A stretch of DNA of 64,000 nt from a virus (lineage: Duplodnaviria > Caudoviricetes): IMG/VR virus record IMGVR_UViG_3300012662_000009, positions 32,001 to 96,000 of that record, one strand, 5' to 3'. Made by a program: the position numbers and the translations under genes. The number at the start of each line of letters is the position of its first letter. The first letter of the stretch is position 1. This document shows positions 20,248 through 30,068 of the stretch, piece after piece. Under the pieces are notes generated by a model, which was given only the letters and a program-made list of their open reading frames with translations, searched no databases and was not told where the DNA came from.

Positions 20248-20406
20248 ATTTCTCTTAACTTTTTCTTTCTTAGCTTTAGCTGTAACTAATGGTTCGGATC
20301 CCGAGAGAGAATCTGTAGGGATCATTGGATTACCCATACCCATTGTATTACCTGATGTGGTAGCAATTCCACCATCACATTCTAAGTATTGTTTAAAAGT
20401 TTTCAT
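20230..20406 (-). CDS. 58-aa protein: capsid-targeting leader, major-capsid N-arm-like peptide and basic tail
   Basis: Below the ORF-track cutoff. MKTFKQYLECDGGIATTSGNTMGMGNPMIPTDSLSGSEPLVTAKAKKEKVKRNKKRTD; ATGA overlap with the upstream gene. Confidence 0.8.
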   Translation of the reverse strand: MKTFKQYLECDGGIATTSGNTMGMGNPMIPTDSLSGSEPLVTAKAKKEKVKRNKKRTD

Positions 20407-21302
20407 ATAAAAGAGCCATATTCAATTATTTTTCGACCATCTACAGTGTAATTCCATATCATTAATTCATTTGTTTTAGAATCTATAGACATTCTTAATG
20501 CCTTGGATCTCATATAAATAATATGTCGTATTCCATTATCATACATTTTTTTAAGATACGATTGAGCATCACCGAATAATTGCAAAGGTATATATTTCTC
20601 TTTATATTCCTTTTTATAGTCTTTGCATATATTATAAAATAATCTTTTAATATTTGGGCACGTCTCGCTTGCATTTATTATAGCAGAGCAATGATAATAT
20701 CCATCATCAGCACCAGATATTTTAATCTCCACAAGATCTTTCAATTGTATATTTGAATTCGGGATATTTATTATCAATTGAATCATATCCTTTGGGGTAT
20801 CTATTGTAAAATTTTTAATCGAATTGCAATTATACATAAATAATTTTGTACCTACTTTACTGGGGTTTGTCTTAATCTTTATATTATTAATATCCCCATA
20901 TACATAGGATATTGCACCATCAGGAACATCCTTTTGACTTTTAATATTATATTTTAGGCCAAAAATAATATCTCCGTTATTTATATCGTTTTTATTAAAT
21001 TTAATAAATGATGGTAGTGGTTTATATAGATGAATTAATAAATGTTCATTTTGAGCAACGGATAATTCACCCCCGGAATTTTGTGTAATTATGTCGTGAC
21101 CTAATGGAACGGTGGTCAAATAATTACTATGAACAATGTTTGCATTATCTTCATCAAAAATCCAATCCAATGCTGGTTCCTTCGGTGAAGAATTTAATAA
21201 ATCATCTTCAGAACCCAATAATCTTTCAGTGACCTTTAGGCTATCAAAGATACCTTTGCCAGTCATGAAACCGTCATTTATATACTCTTTTATAGACTTC
21301 AT
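20403..21302 (-). CDS. Hypothetical protein, hypervariable family A
   Basis: MKSIKEYIND...LLGSEDDLLN...PLPSFIKFN...KSQKDV. Confidence 0.8.
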   Translation of the reverse strand: MKSIKEYINDGFMTGKGIFDSLKVTERLLGSEDDLLNSSPKEPALDWIFDEDNANIVHSNYLTTVPLGHDIITQNSGGELSVAQNEHLLIHLYKPLPSFIKFNKNDINNGDIIFGLKYNIKSQKDVPDGAISYVYGDINNIKIKTNPSKVGTKLFMYNCNSIKNFTIDTPKDMIQLIINIPNSNIQLKDLVEIKISGADDGYYHCSAIINASETCPNIKRLFYNICKDYKKEYKEKYIPLQLFGDAQSYLKKMYDNGIRHIIYMRSKALRMSIDSKTNELMIWNYTVDGRKIIEYGSFI

Positions 21303-21380
21303 CTTTTTAAGATAATTACAATTAAATAATAAGGGCCCTTTATATATTTATTAAAACACAAACTATCAAAGAATACAATA

Positions 21381-24300
21381 ATGTCAGAATTGACTTTAGA
21401 TCAATCATTACAAGCATATCGGGTGATGAACACACCCACAAAATACTCTTGGAAGCAGCACTGGGCCCAGGAAGTGTTTTCTGATCCCGACCTTTTTAAA
21501 TGCAGTAAAGAAGAACGCCGACAATTTTCTAAGAGATTAAAAGAATGTACTATAACAATATGTTCTAATATTAAACAAACACAAGGCATATCATGTACTT
21601 TAGAAGATTTGGTAAAGTGTATTATATTACCTTCTAATAAAGATATATTAAAATCTAATAGAAAAGTAATATATAGTACTTCTAACGGAGAACGACCTAT
21701 AGGCAAAAAAGCTTTTAGTCTTTGGAATGGGTTTCAGGTTATAGATCTTGATATTAAAGACGAAGAACTTGTTAAGAAACTTAAATCCTATATTTTTAAT
21801 AAATTATACAAATGTAATTGGTTCTTAGGTGTTACTTTATCCTCTTCTGGAAGAGGATTGCATGTTTATACAAAGATTTCTATACCAGAATCAGAACAAA
21901 ATGACGAGAAGAAAAAGAAGTTATTATATCTCACCAATTTCCGACATAAATATTCTTTTGTATATTTATCTCTGATCTCCGGCATGTCTTTATATGGATA
22001 TTCTAAAGATGATATATTAAAATGGATGGACTTATCTATGTTCAAGCCACAACAGGGAGCTTTTATAGGTTATGATTCACATCCTTTAATAAATACTCAA
22101 TTCTTCGAAGATTTTATATATGTCAATTTTGATAATGTAGAAGACATCGGTCATCCTGATATAGACTGGGTTACATATCCCGATCTTAAGGAAATCTTTA
22201 AGAGATGGGAGTGGTTTGAAGACAATGATTCTAATGAAGATATTAATATAGAAGTTATAAAAGCTGATGATTTAAAATTTGATGCGCATAATAAAGTCCA
22301 TTATAAACACTTCGAACGATGGAAATTAGCTAATACATTGGTTAAGATCTATGGTATAGAGAAAGGTTTTAAGTATTTAAGATTGATATGTTCTAATAAT
22401 ATTAAGGATAAAGAATTACAAGCGGATTGCATAACAGCAGCTCGACATAATAAACCAGTCAATGCATGGGCTGTTAATAGGTTAAATGCTCATCATGGAT
22501 TTCAAATTAAACTTAATATACAAGATAGTGTTGTTGATGAATCCGAGATATTAAATTCTATGGATAAGATAGATAATCCCAATCTTATCAAGGAATCAAA
22601 ATATCTCAAGATATTTAATATAACCAAAGATGAATATTTAGGACATATAAGACACGACCTTATAAAGTCTTGTGGTAGGATTACTCTTATAGAAGCTGGT
22701 GCTGGTGTTGGCAAGACAGAAATGATCAAACAATTGGTTAAAGATGGTAAAAAAATTATGATGGTAATGCCTTTTACCAGTACCATTAAGTCTAAAGTAG
22801 AATCTGATAAAAACTGGGAATATAGCTACGGTAATAAACTCCCTAAATTAGATATCCTAGGAGGGCTTGCCCTGACTATAGATAAATTTTCTCATCTGAA
22901 TCTTATGGATGTTAAGACCCACGGATTTGATTATATAATTATTGATGAATCTCATTTGCTATTTCAATCGGAATATCGACCCGTCATGGCTAAAGTTGTA
23001 GAAATGATTAGAAATACTGAAGTACCTATAATACTCATGTCGGGTACTCCGTCGGGTGAAATAGTTTTCTTTCCTGAGATAGTTCATCTTAAGGTTATTA
23101 AAGAAGATATCCGTAAAAAAGAATTTAAGGTTAATCTTGTCGATTCTCCATCAGACCTTATGTTTATAATGTGTAAGAATATGGCAAAGGATCTAATGAA
23201 TGGCAAAAGAATCCTATTCCCAACTAATAAAGGAACTCTTTATAGTAAACAAATCAGGGCGGCAGTGACTTATTTCCTTCAAAATGATTGGGCCAACTTC
23301 GAAGAGGTCCGCTTAAAGTATTATAAAAAATCTAATTTGGGTGAAGCTTTTATGGATGATGTCAATTTTGAAAAAACTATCAAAGACACTCAGATTCTTA
23401 TGTGCACGAATTATTTAAGTGTTGGAGTAGATATCTTAGATAGATTTAATTTTTCTATATATTTCATTGATAATATCCTAGCGCAAGAACTTGAGCAATT
23501 TTCTAATAGGTTGCGTTCAAATGACCTATATATAAATTTTTACGCCTCTAAAAATGATGCAGAGGGAAATTCAAAGAATCTCCATAAATGCAAAGAAATG
23601 AATTTTAAACTCAATGATGAGGAGATTAAAAACGTTCATTCAATACTTCGTTTATGTAATGCTATGATCGAAAGAAATCCTATAGAATATAAATATAATT
23701 CCCTTATAGCATCTATTATAAACAACAATAAATTCATTGAATATAATGAGATTGAAAATAAATACTATCTCAATGAGATAGCTTATAAACTTATATACTT
23801 TGAAAGGAAATATCGCGAATATGCACAACAATTACCTGTTATCATGAAAGGCATGATGGCATATGGTTATAACATATCATCTCAAGACCTTGGAAGCATT
23901 CAAGTAGAAGGCATAGAAAACTTTAAGGATCTCAAGAATATGGTTAAACTGGCTTATGACGAACAATTACAACTCAATACAAACCATATAGAAGAACTTA
24001 TATCTCTTATCACAGAAGATCGTTTAGGATTATATAAAGAAGTCCTTAGAGGGTCTTTTGAAATTAAGAAAGGTGATGTTTGGAAAGAAGATATTACAAA
24101 ACATCAGATGATAGTAAAGAACATAGAAGTCTTTGAAAAGGTTGTACCTATATTTATTTCTATGTCTAAACAATATGCTATAAAAGATATTAGGGAGATC
24201 TTTGATTTTTGCAGAAATAAAAATAACACCTTTAACTTTGCAGCAATCAATCGTATAAAGATGCTTATAAATATTCTTTATAATGACAAAAATAAGCGAT

Positions 24301-24644
24301 TGGATTTGCCTATCAAAGAATTTATGATAAAGGCTTATGAATTTTCTGATAGGCGAAAAGTCAAAAGTATTGAATTACAAAAATTTATATCGGATTTTTC
24401 TCGTAATTATGCCATGAAAGAATCTGCTAATGGCATTAATATTGCTCTTGCGCAGATGACTATGGAAACATTATATAACACCTTTGAAAAGATCTTTAAG
24501 TGTCTTATAAACATATCAAGGCCTACTAAAGATGGTGTTATAGAAATGTCTCGAGTAGAATTGTTATGGAAAGAAAAAGAATATTACAACAGCACAGATC
24601 AAAATAATAAAGTATATGCATTGACAGAATTTTTAGAGTCTTGA
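21381..24644 (+). CDS. Primase-like (VirE-N/BT4734-type) domain, PriCT-like domain and SF2 helicase fusion
   Basis: NGFQVIDLD...LSSSGRGLHVY (prim-pol-like), HFERWKLANTL, Walker A GAGVGKT, IIIDESH, MSGT, SVGVDI, QFSNRLR. Confidence 0.75.
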   Translation: MSELTLDQSLQAYRVMNTPTKYSWKQHWAQEVFSDPDLFKCSKEERRQFSKRLKECTITICSNIKQTQGISCTLEDLVKCIILPSNKDILKSNRKVIYSTSNGERPIGKKAFSLWNGFQVIDLDIKDEELVKKLKSYIFNKLYKCNWFLGVTLSSSGRGLHVYTKISIPESEQNDEKKKKLLYLTNFRHKYSFVYLSLISGMSLYGYSKDDILKWMDLSMFKPQQGAFIGYDSHPLINTQFFEDFIYVNFDNVEDIGHPDIDWVTYPDLKEIFKRWEWFEDNDSNEDINIEVIKADDLKFDAHNKVHYKHFERWKLANTLVKIYGIEKGFKYLRLICSNNIKDKELQADCITAARHNKPVNAWAVNRLNAHHGFQIKLNIQDSVVDESEILNSMDKIDNPNLIKESKYLKIFNITKDEYLGHIRHDLIKSCGRITLIEAGAGVGKTEMIKQLVKDGKKIMMVMPFTSTIKSKVESDKNWEYSYGNKLPKLDILGGLALTIDKFSHLNLMDVKTHGFDYIIIDESHLLFQSEYRPVMAKVVEMIRNTEVPIILMSGTPSGEIVFFPEIVHLKVIKEDIRKKEFKVNLVDSPSDLMFIMCKNMAKDLMNGKRILFPTNKGTLYSKQIRAAVTYFLQNDWANFEEVRLKYYKKSNLGEAFMDDVNFEKTIKDTQILMCTNYLSVGVDILDRFNFSIYFIDNILAQELEQFSNRLRSNDLYINFYASKNDAEGNSKNLHKCKEMNFKLNDEEIKNVHSILRLCNAMIERNPIEYKYNSLIASIINNNKFIEYNEIENKYYLNEIAYKLIYFERKYREYAQQLPVIMKGMMAYGYNISSQDLGSIQVEGIENFKDLKNMVKLAYDEQLQLNTNHIEELISLITEDRLGLYKEVLRGSFEIKKGDVWKEDITKHQMIVKNIEVFEKVVPIFISMSKQYAIKDIREIFDFCRNKNNTFNFAAINRIKMLINILYNDKNKRLDLPIKEFMIKAYEFSDRRKVKSIELQKFISDFSRNYAMKESANGINIALAQMTMETLYNTFEKIFKCLINISRPTKDGVIEMSRVELLWKEKEYYNSTDQNNKVYALTEFLES

Positions 24645-24669
24645 TAATGACTCGCTTGGTAGTTTGTTT

Positions 24670-24703
24670 AACCTAATTGCTTGAGAAAGTAGTTAGGTTT
24701 TTT
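24670..24703 (+). terminator. GAGA-loop intrinsic terminator
   Basis: aacctaattgctt-gaga-aagtagttaggtt followed by a T-run. Confidence 0.8.
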
Positions 24704-24725
24704 ATTATATTATATAATATTTAAC

Positions 24726-25496
24726 ATGAAGTCTATAAAAGAATATATAATAGAAGGATTATTTGATAATGAAGATGATTTACTGGATAAAAAGAGTTCT
24801 CAAGAAATATTAGAATGGTTTGATAATTATAATAATATAATCATTAACCAGCGCTTTCTTAAGATTCTTGATAATGGCACTGTATCATTAACACAAAAAG
24901 TTGATGTGTGTTGGTATAAACGTCTTCCAGAATATATAAAATTAGATAAAGAATCCTGGGAAAAATATGCTACTAATACAATAGCTTTTGAACTTAAAAC
25001 CCAAAGAGATATTGAAGGCATATACGGTAATATTCAGGAAATATGTAATGCTGAATATCTGCAAAACATTAATATTCATACAGATAGTGTATTATCATTT
25101 AGAGCTTCTATTAAAGATTATAAAAATATAACATTAATAGGTGATAACTATAAAATATTAAGATTAGGAATATATAATACTATAAAGGATCCTGGTCAAC
25201 TTTTACAGTTTAATTATAAAAATATTAAATTTGTTCATCTCATCTGTTACGGATTAGATGATCTGTTTCTCAATTATAAAAAATATGCAGATCTTTTAAA
25301 CGGATTGATTAATAAAGGGGTTGTTATGATTACATTTTATAATAAAAACTCCCACAAATCCATGATTGCGGCATATATGGTTAAGGGAACGCGAAGATGG
25401 AATATTAATAAAGTAACAAAGGATCATTCTAAAGGTGAATGGTTATTATTTACAGATGATAGGGATTTTATATCAATCTTAGAAAATTATTATTAA
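24726..25496 (+). CDS. Hypothetical protein, hypervariable family A
   Basis: MKSIKEYIIEGLFDNEDDLLDK...LPEYIKLD...KTQRD. Confidence 0.8.
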   Translation: MKSIKEYIIEGLFDNEDDLLDKKSSQEILEWFDNYNNIIINQRFLKILDNGTVSLTQKVDVCWYKRLPEYIKLDKESWEKYATNTIAFELKTQRDIEGIYGNIQEICNAEYLQNINIHTDSVLSFRASIKDYKNITLIGDNYKILRLGIYNTIKDPGQLLQFNYKNIKFVHLICYGLDDLFLNYKKYADLLNGLINKGVVMITFYNKNSHKSMIAAYMVKGTRRWNINKVTKDHSKGEWLLFTDDRDFISILENYY

Positions 25497-25513
25497 AAAA
25501 ATCATATATAATA

Positions 25514-25921
25514 ATGAGAACCGCTAATATATCTCAATTATTTGGGACACTACAACAATCTGTAGTCAATTCATGGAAAAATCATCTCAAGACATCCAAA
25601 TACTCAGCACATATGGCTTTGGATGAATATTATAAAGAAATGCCTGAGCTTGTTGATACTATTATAGAAAATTATCAAGGCATATATGGCAAAATAGATG
25701 ATTATGAAAATATCTTAGATTTCAATGAAGATCCTATTAAATATCTCGGAGATCTTAGGGATATCTGTGTAAATTCCAGAGGATTGCTTCAACAAAATAC
25801 CGAATTGGAATCTGATATGGACAATATATTAACTCTTATAGATTCTACCTTATATAAATTAAAAGAACTAACTGAATCCTTTGTGTCACTTAAGGATTAT
25901 ATAAAAGAAAATTTAGAATAA
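25514..25921 (+). CDS. Ferritin/Dps-like four-helix protein (DUF5856-like)
   Basis: HLKTSKYSAHMALDEYY...VDTIIENYQG...LYKL. Confidence 0.7.
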   Translation: MRTANISQLFGTLQQSVVNSWKNHLKTSKYSAHMALDEYYKEMPELVDTIIENYQGIYGKIDDYENILDFNEDPIKYLGDLRDICVNSRGLLQQNTELESDMDNILTLIDSTLYKLKELTESFVSLKDYIKENLE

Positions 25922-26118
25922 TGCCATCAGTCTCCAAAGCACAACAAAAACTCATGGGAATGGCTTATGCAGTCCGAAAAGGAGAACTCAAGAGGTCCGA
26001 AGTAGATAAAGAAGTCCTTGATATAGTCGATGGAGATATGACTGATAAACAATTAAAGGCATTTGCTGCTACTAAAAGAAAATCTCTTCCAGATTATGTC
26101 AAAGAACATATTTCGTAA
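25921..26118 (+). CDS. Small DUF3008-like protein
   Basis: MPSVSKAQQKLMGMAYAVRKG...FAATKRKSLP. Confidence 0.65.
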   Translation: MPSVSKAQQKLMGMAYAVRKGELKRSEVDKEVLDIVDGDMTDKQLKAFAATKRKSLPDYVKEHIS

Positions 26119-26127
26119 AGATATCAT

Positions 26128-26215
26128 ACAACGCACATAAATATATCAAATTTCGCTCGAAATAGGCTCAGATATAGATTTATATATCTAAGCCTATTTT
26201 TCTTGTTAGAGCACA
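26128..26215. repeat. Dispersed hairpin element, copy 2
   Basis: Core at 26171-26188; flanks inverted relative to copies 3 and 4. Confidence 0.9.
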
Positions 26216-26286
26216 AGTATGAAAGTTAGAGTGTTTTTTGAGAGATTTGAAAGGATCTATTATTATTGTATATAAGAATATATATT

Positions 26287-28440
26287 ATGCCCAATAAATT
26301 ATTTAAAGGAACTAAAATATTACAAAGCAATCTTGTATCTAAGGTAAGATCTAACAGAGAATATCTTATATCACAAGAAATTTCTGAAGATCTTAATACA
26401 TATAATTATTTCGGTGTATTTAGATCTTATAATGATGCCCATAAAAGAAAATTTAAGATAGGTAATAAGCAATATCAGAAATATGCTTTAGATAAAGATA
26501 AGAAACCCAGAGCTTCCAAAGCCGGTAATATGAATATTATTGAAGAAGATTTTGATGGTGTAGAAGTGGGCTCTCCCGCAGTTAGATCAATATTCAATAG
26601 AGCGGGGGGTATGCTTATAGGTACTGATGGTGGGTTACCGCAAGATTTCACTAAAATCACCTCTGATGATTATATCCGAGATGGTGCATCTGGTTGGCGT
26701 ATATCTAATAATGTTCCTCTCATGGATTCGCCTTCTAATAGAGATAAAATCAGGAGTCATTCTGGTTGTTCTGTTAAAGAATTAGTACAGCAATCAGAAC
26801 AGGGTTTATTAGGCCGTGCTATATATTCTTATGCAGATTTTATGTATTGTAAATATTTAGGTAAGGTCCCTAATAATTATCTTATAACACTTCGGAGATT
26901 TCCTGTACCCCCCGGGGATTTTATTTCAACTTTGGGTACTGGTATAAACCAAAAGACTTTTGGTAAGAACAGTAATGGTCAGCAAATAGGATGTATGGTG
27001 ACCTGGTTGGGTACTCCTGGAAATGAAATAGGTAATATCCTAAAGTATTCATATAAAATGCCTTATAAGGAACAGAATGCTCAATGGGAAACTATGAATG
27101 ATAATGCTGATTCCGCACCAGGTCTCGCTAATAGTATTGCAGCTGCTTTTGACCCTGCTTATAGAAAACAATATATATCAGGTCATGGTGGTGCCGCTTA
27201 TAATGCTTATGTAGGTAAATTTTTTAAGGTTCCGGGTCTGGATAAACTTCATGGTGGTAGCGATACTGGTCCTTATCCTGCAGGTTTTCAAGAAGATCGT
27301 AATAAAGTTTACGGTCCTATTGATCGAGTTAAATCAACTATGATGCGTTCAGAAGATGGTCTTGAATTTAATCAAGAGGTTACTATAACTTTTGAATATG
27401 AATTGCGTGCTTATAACGGAATCAACACTCGTCAAGCAATGTTGGATTTACTTTCTAATATATTACAGGTGACTTATACAACAGGTGGTTTCTGGGGTGG
27501 TGGTTATAGGAGCACAGGTATGCATCAAAGTTCTATATTCAATAATTTACAGATCTTTAAGTGCCATGGTGGCTTTACAGATTTTATGGATGCCTTTGCA
27601 AATGATTATAGTACTGTAACAGCAAATATTCGTAATGGAATATCTGCTCAAGGGGGATTTTTAAATGCGTTGAAGAGCTTACTTAATCAATTAGGCGGTA
27701 TGATTTTAGGTGGTGCCTTGAATCAATTAGGGCGACCTCAAAGAGCTTTTGCTAATTCACTTTTGTCAGAACAACCTGTAGGAATGTGGCATTTAATGGT
27801 AGGTAATCCCAACCACCCCATAATTTCAATAGGTAATATGGTTTTAATGAATACGGAAGTGCAACATTATGGTCCTTTGGGACTTGATGATTTTCCCACG
27901 AATCTTAAGGTAACATGTACTCTCAAGAGAGGTAAACCCAGGGATCTTAGAGAAATTGAAAAGATGTATATGCATGGTAATGACCGAATATATTTTTCTA
28001 TGGGTCCTAAGGTAATGGATATGTATAAATCCGCTGCAGAATATAAAAGAAAACACACCAAATCTCCTGAAAATTATAATTCATTAGAAACCGATATAGA
28101 ACTGCAAAAATCTTATGCAGAGTTCTTAAAGAGCAAAGAAGTTTCAAGTGCTGATGATGAGGTTATAGCATTTGCTTCTACAGGAGAAGGTGGAGGGTCA
28201 ATGTTAAAAGATAATACTGCTGAAGCTGAAGAACTTGGCGCAGTATTCTTAACAGATCAAGAATTGGCCACTTGCGGTAATATTGTACAAAAATGGTTTG
28301 GTGAACATGATGATTATTCTATATACTTTGCCGCAGCTGAGCAAGAAAATGGTGCCTCGAAGAAAAAAGAGAAACCTATAGTCAATGGGTCAGAAAAGAC
28401 TAATAATGGCCAGAATACTAAAGGTAATAATACACAATGA
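26287..28440 (+). CDS. Probable virion structural protein (baseplate/tail-tube-initiator-like)
   Basis: About 717 aa. The C-terminal segment WHLMVGNP...LGLDDFPTNLKVTCTLK suggests a tube-fold protein; it lies next to gp4. Confidence 0.5.
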   Translation: MPNKLFKGTKILQSNLVSKVRSNREYLISQEISEDLNTYNYFGVFRSYNDAHKRKFKIGNKQYQKYALDKDKKPRASKAGNMNIIEEDFDGVEVGSPAVRSIFNRAGGMLIGTDGGLPQDFTKITSDDYIRDGASGWRISNNVPLMDSPSNRDKIRSHSGCSVKELVQQSEQGLLGRAIYSYADFMYCKYLGKVPNNYLITLRRFPVPPGDFISTLGTGINQKTFGKNSNGQQIGCMVTWLGTPGNEIGNILKYSYKMPYKEQNAQWETMNDNADSAPGLANSIAAAFDPAYRKQYISGHGGAAYNAYVGKFFKVPGLDKLHGGSDTGPYPAGFQEDRNKVYGPIDRVKSTMMRSEDGLEFNQEVTITFEYELRAYNGINTRQAMLDLLSNILQVTYTTGGFWGGGYRSTGMHQSSIFNNLQIFKCHGGFTDFMDAFANDYSTVTANIRNGISAQGGFLNALKSLLNQLGGMILGGALNQLGRPQRAFANSLLSEQPVGMWHLMVGNPNHPIISIGNMVLMNTEVQHYGPLGLDDFPTNLKVTCTLKRGKPRDLREIEKMYMHGNDRIYFSMGPKVMDMYKSAAEYKRKHTKSPENYNSLETDIELQKSYAEFLKSKEVSSADDEVIAFASTGEGGGSMLKDNTAEAEELGAVFLTDQELATCGNIVQKWFGEHDDYSIYFAAAEQENGASKKKEKPIVNGSEKTNNGQNTKGNNTQ

Positions 28441-28886
28441 ACATAAAAGACCTCAAACCCTCTAAAAGATCTCGTTACAATCAAGGATATATCAATACAA
28501 ATTCTTGTAAAAAACTCTTTCCTGGGCTTATAACTGAAAAGATTATATATAGGAGTTCTTATGAAAAGAAATTTATGCTCTGGTTGGAATCTAATAAAAA
28601 TATTAAACAATGGGGGTCTGAATGCGTCCCTATAAAATATTTTAATATATTAGATAATAAATATCATACTTATTATCCGGATTACTTAGTAGAAACTTTA
28701 GAAGGAGATTATATATTAATTGAAATAAAACCTCATAATCAAACTGTTAAGCCATTGCAAGAAAATTCATATGCTTATAAAGAATATGTAAAAAATATTT
28801 GTAAATGGAAGGCTGCTCAAGAATTTTGTAGAGCTCGCGGATATAAATTTAAGATATTAACAGAAAGAACTATAAATAAATTATAG
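28437..28886 (+). CDS. gp4: Head completion nuclease, T4 gp4-like (TnsA-like PD-(D/E)XK)
   Basis: IIYRSSYE..F...WGSE, YYPDY, IEIKP, KWKAAQEFC, FKILTE. Confidence 0.88.
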   Translation: MNIKDLKPSKRSRYNQGYINTNSCKKLFPGLITEKIIYRSSYEKKFMLWLESNKNIKQWGSECVPIKYFNILDNKYHTYYPDYLVETLEGDYILIEIKPHNQTVKPLQENSYAYKEYVKNICKWKAAQEFCRARGYKFKILTERTINKL

Positions 28887-28918
28887 AAAAATAGCAAGCA
28901 TATGCTTGCTATTTTTCT
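28885..28918. terminator. Perfect 34-bp palindrome, bidirectional terminator
   Basis: agaaaaatagcaagcat|atgcttgctatttttct between convergent genes. Confidence 0.8.
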
Positions 28919-28949
28919 TTAGAACTCAAACTAATTTATCAAATTATCA

Positions 28950-29231
28950 TTACAGTTTTCCCACTAATTCAGAAGCAATCGCTGTCTGTGTTACGTAAGT
29001 ACTTAAATTATCATTATCAAGGGTCTCAGGTGTAATTACTTGAGTCACAAACTTCTTTTCCTTAAGATCTTTAACATCTATAGGGTCCTTAGTAGGCTCT
29101 TCAGTGGGTTCCTGGGGATCTTTGGGTTGTTCCTCGCCAGTGGTACCTTGATCAGCACCAGATACCGGAGTCTCAACACTTTCGTTATCCTGCACAGCTA
29201 TTTTTTCGGTATTTTTTGTAGTCTTTGCCAT
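28950..29231 (-). CDS. Small acidic, low-complexity hypothetical protein
   Basis: 93 aa, E/P/T-rich. Confidence 0.65.
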   Translation of the reverse strand: MAKTTKNTEKIAVQDNESVETPVSGADQGTTGEEQPKDPQEPTEEPTKDPIDVKDLKEKKFVTQVITPETLDNDNLSTYVTQTAIASELVGKL

Positions 29232-29276
29232 TATTAGATTTTCTTATTTTTTATTATAATAAAATTTTATGGGATC

Positions 29277-30050
29277 TTATTTTATCTTTTCGCGCCATCT
29301 ACCTTTTCTGGGATCTATGGTTACAGTTTGATTTATATCAGTGAATTTAAGAATACTTCTTAATCTTCCCGCAGAACAAATTATTGTTGGGCATTTTAAT
29401 TTAGTAAGTAAGTGGTTAGAAAGGATTTCTCCATGTTTTGTAGAAAAACTTAATTTATCATAAGAATTCAGATCTTCTATATGTAATTCTACTCGAGTAT
29501 CTGTTGTCATGGAGATATTCATAATATCATCAGGTGTTGCACTATCAAGATATAATTCAAGCCAACTCGAAGGTTTCTTTGTCTTAAGTTTAATCTTATT
29601 AAAAGACCTTACATCAGACATATCAAAACTATCTTTAACCAGAAATGTTAAATTGGATACTTTATCAGTACATATAGCAGAGATAAAACCGGGTAATCTT
29701 TTCAATTGGTCTTGAGTGATATTATTATAACATAATATAAATCTTAAGGTATCACAAGATTTCTTATCAAAATTTATATAAGAAGGAAGTGGAGCATCGA
29801 GCTCAAAAGTTCGTCCTGAGGGATAATTATCATATATAATACCATCCTTAATAGAAAAATCCTTTTCAATGTTCCTTGTAGTATGACTATTATCAATACT
29901 TTTTAAATAATCATATATAGCTTGATCGGGGGTTTTGTTAAGTAAATCGTCTTCAGAATCAAATAATCCTTCTCTAACTGCTGTTAAGTTATCAAAGGTT
30001 TCTTTGCCCGCTGTTAAGCTATCATTTATATATTCTTTTATAGGTTTCAT
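29277..30050 (-). CDS. Hypothetical protein, hypervariable family A
   Basis: Start at MKPIKEYIND; GLFDSEDDLLNKTP...PLPSYINFDKKSC. Confidence 0.8.
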   Translation of the reverse strand: MKPIKEYINDSLTAGKETFDNLTAVREGLFDSEDDLLNKTPDQAIYDYLKSIDNSHTTRNIEKDFSIKDGIIYDNYPSGRTFELDAPLPSYINFDKKSCDTLRFILCYNNITQDQLKRLPGFISAICTDKVSNLTFLVKDSFDMSDVRSFNKIKLKTKKPSSWLELYLDSATPDDIMNISMTTDTRVELHIEDLNSYDKLSFSTKHGEILSNHLLTKLKCPTIICSAGRLRSILKFTDINQTVTIDPRKGRWREKIK

Positions 30051-30068
30051 GTAATGCAATTTCATAAA

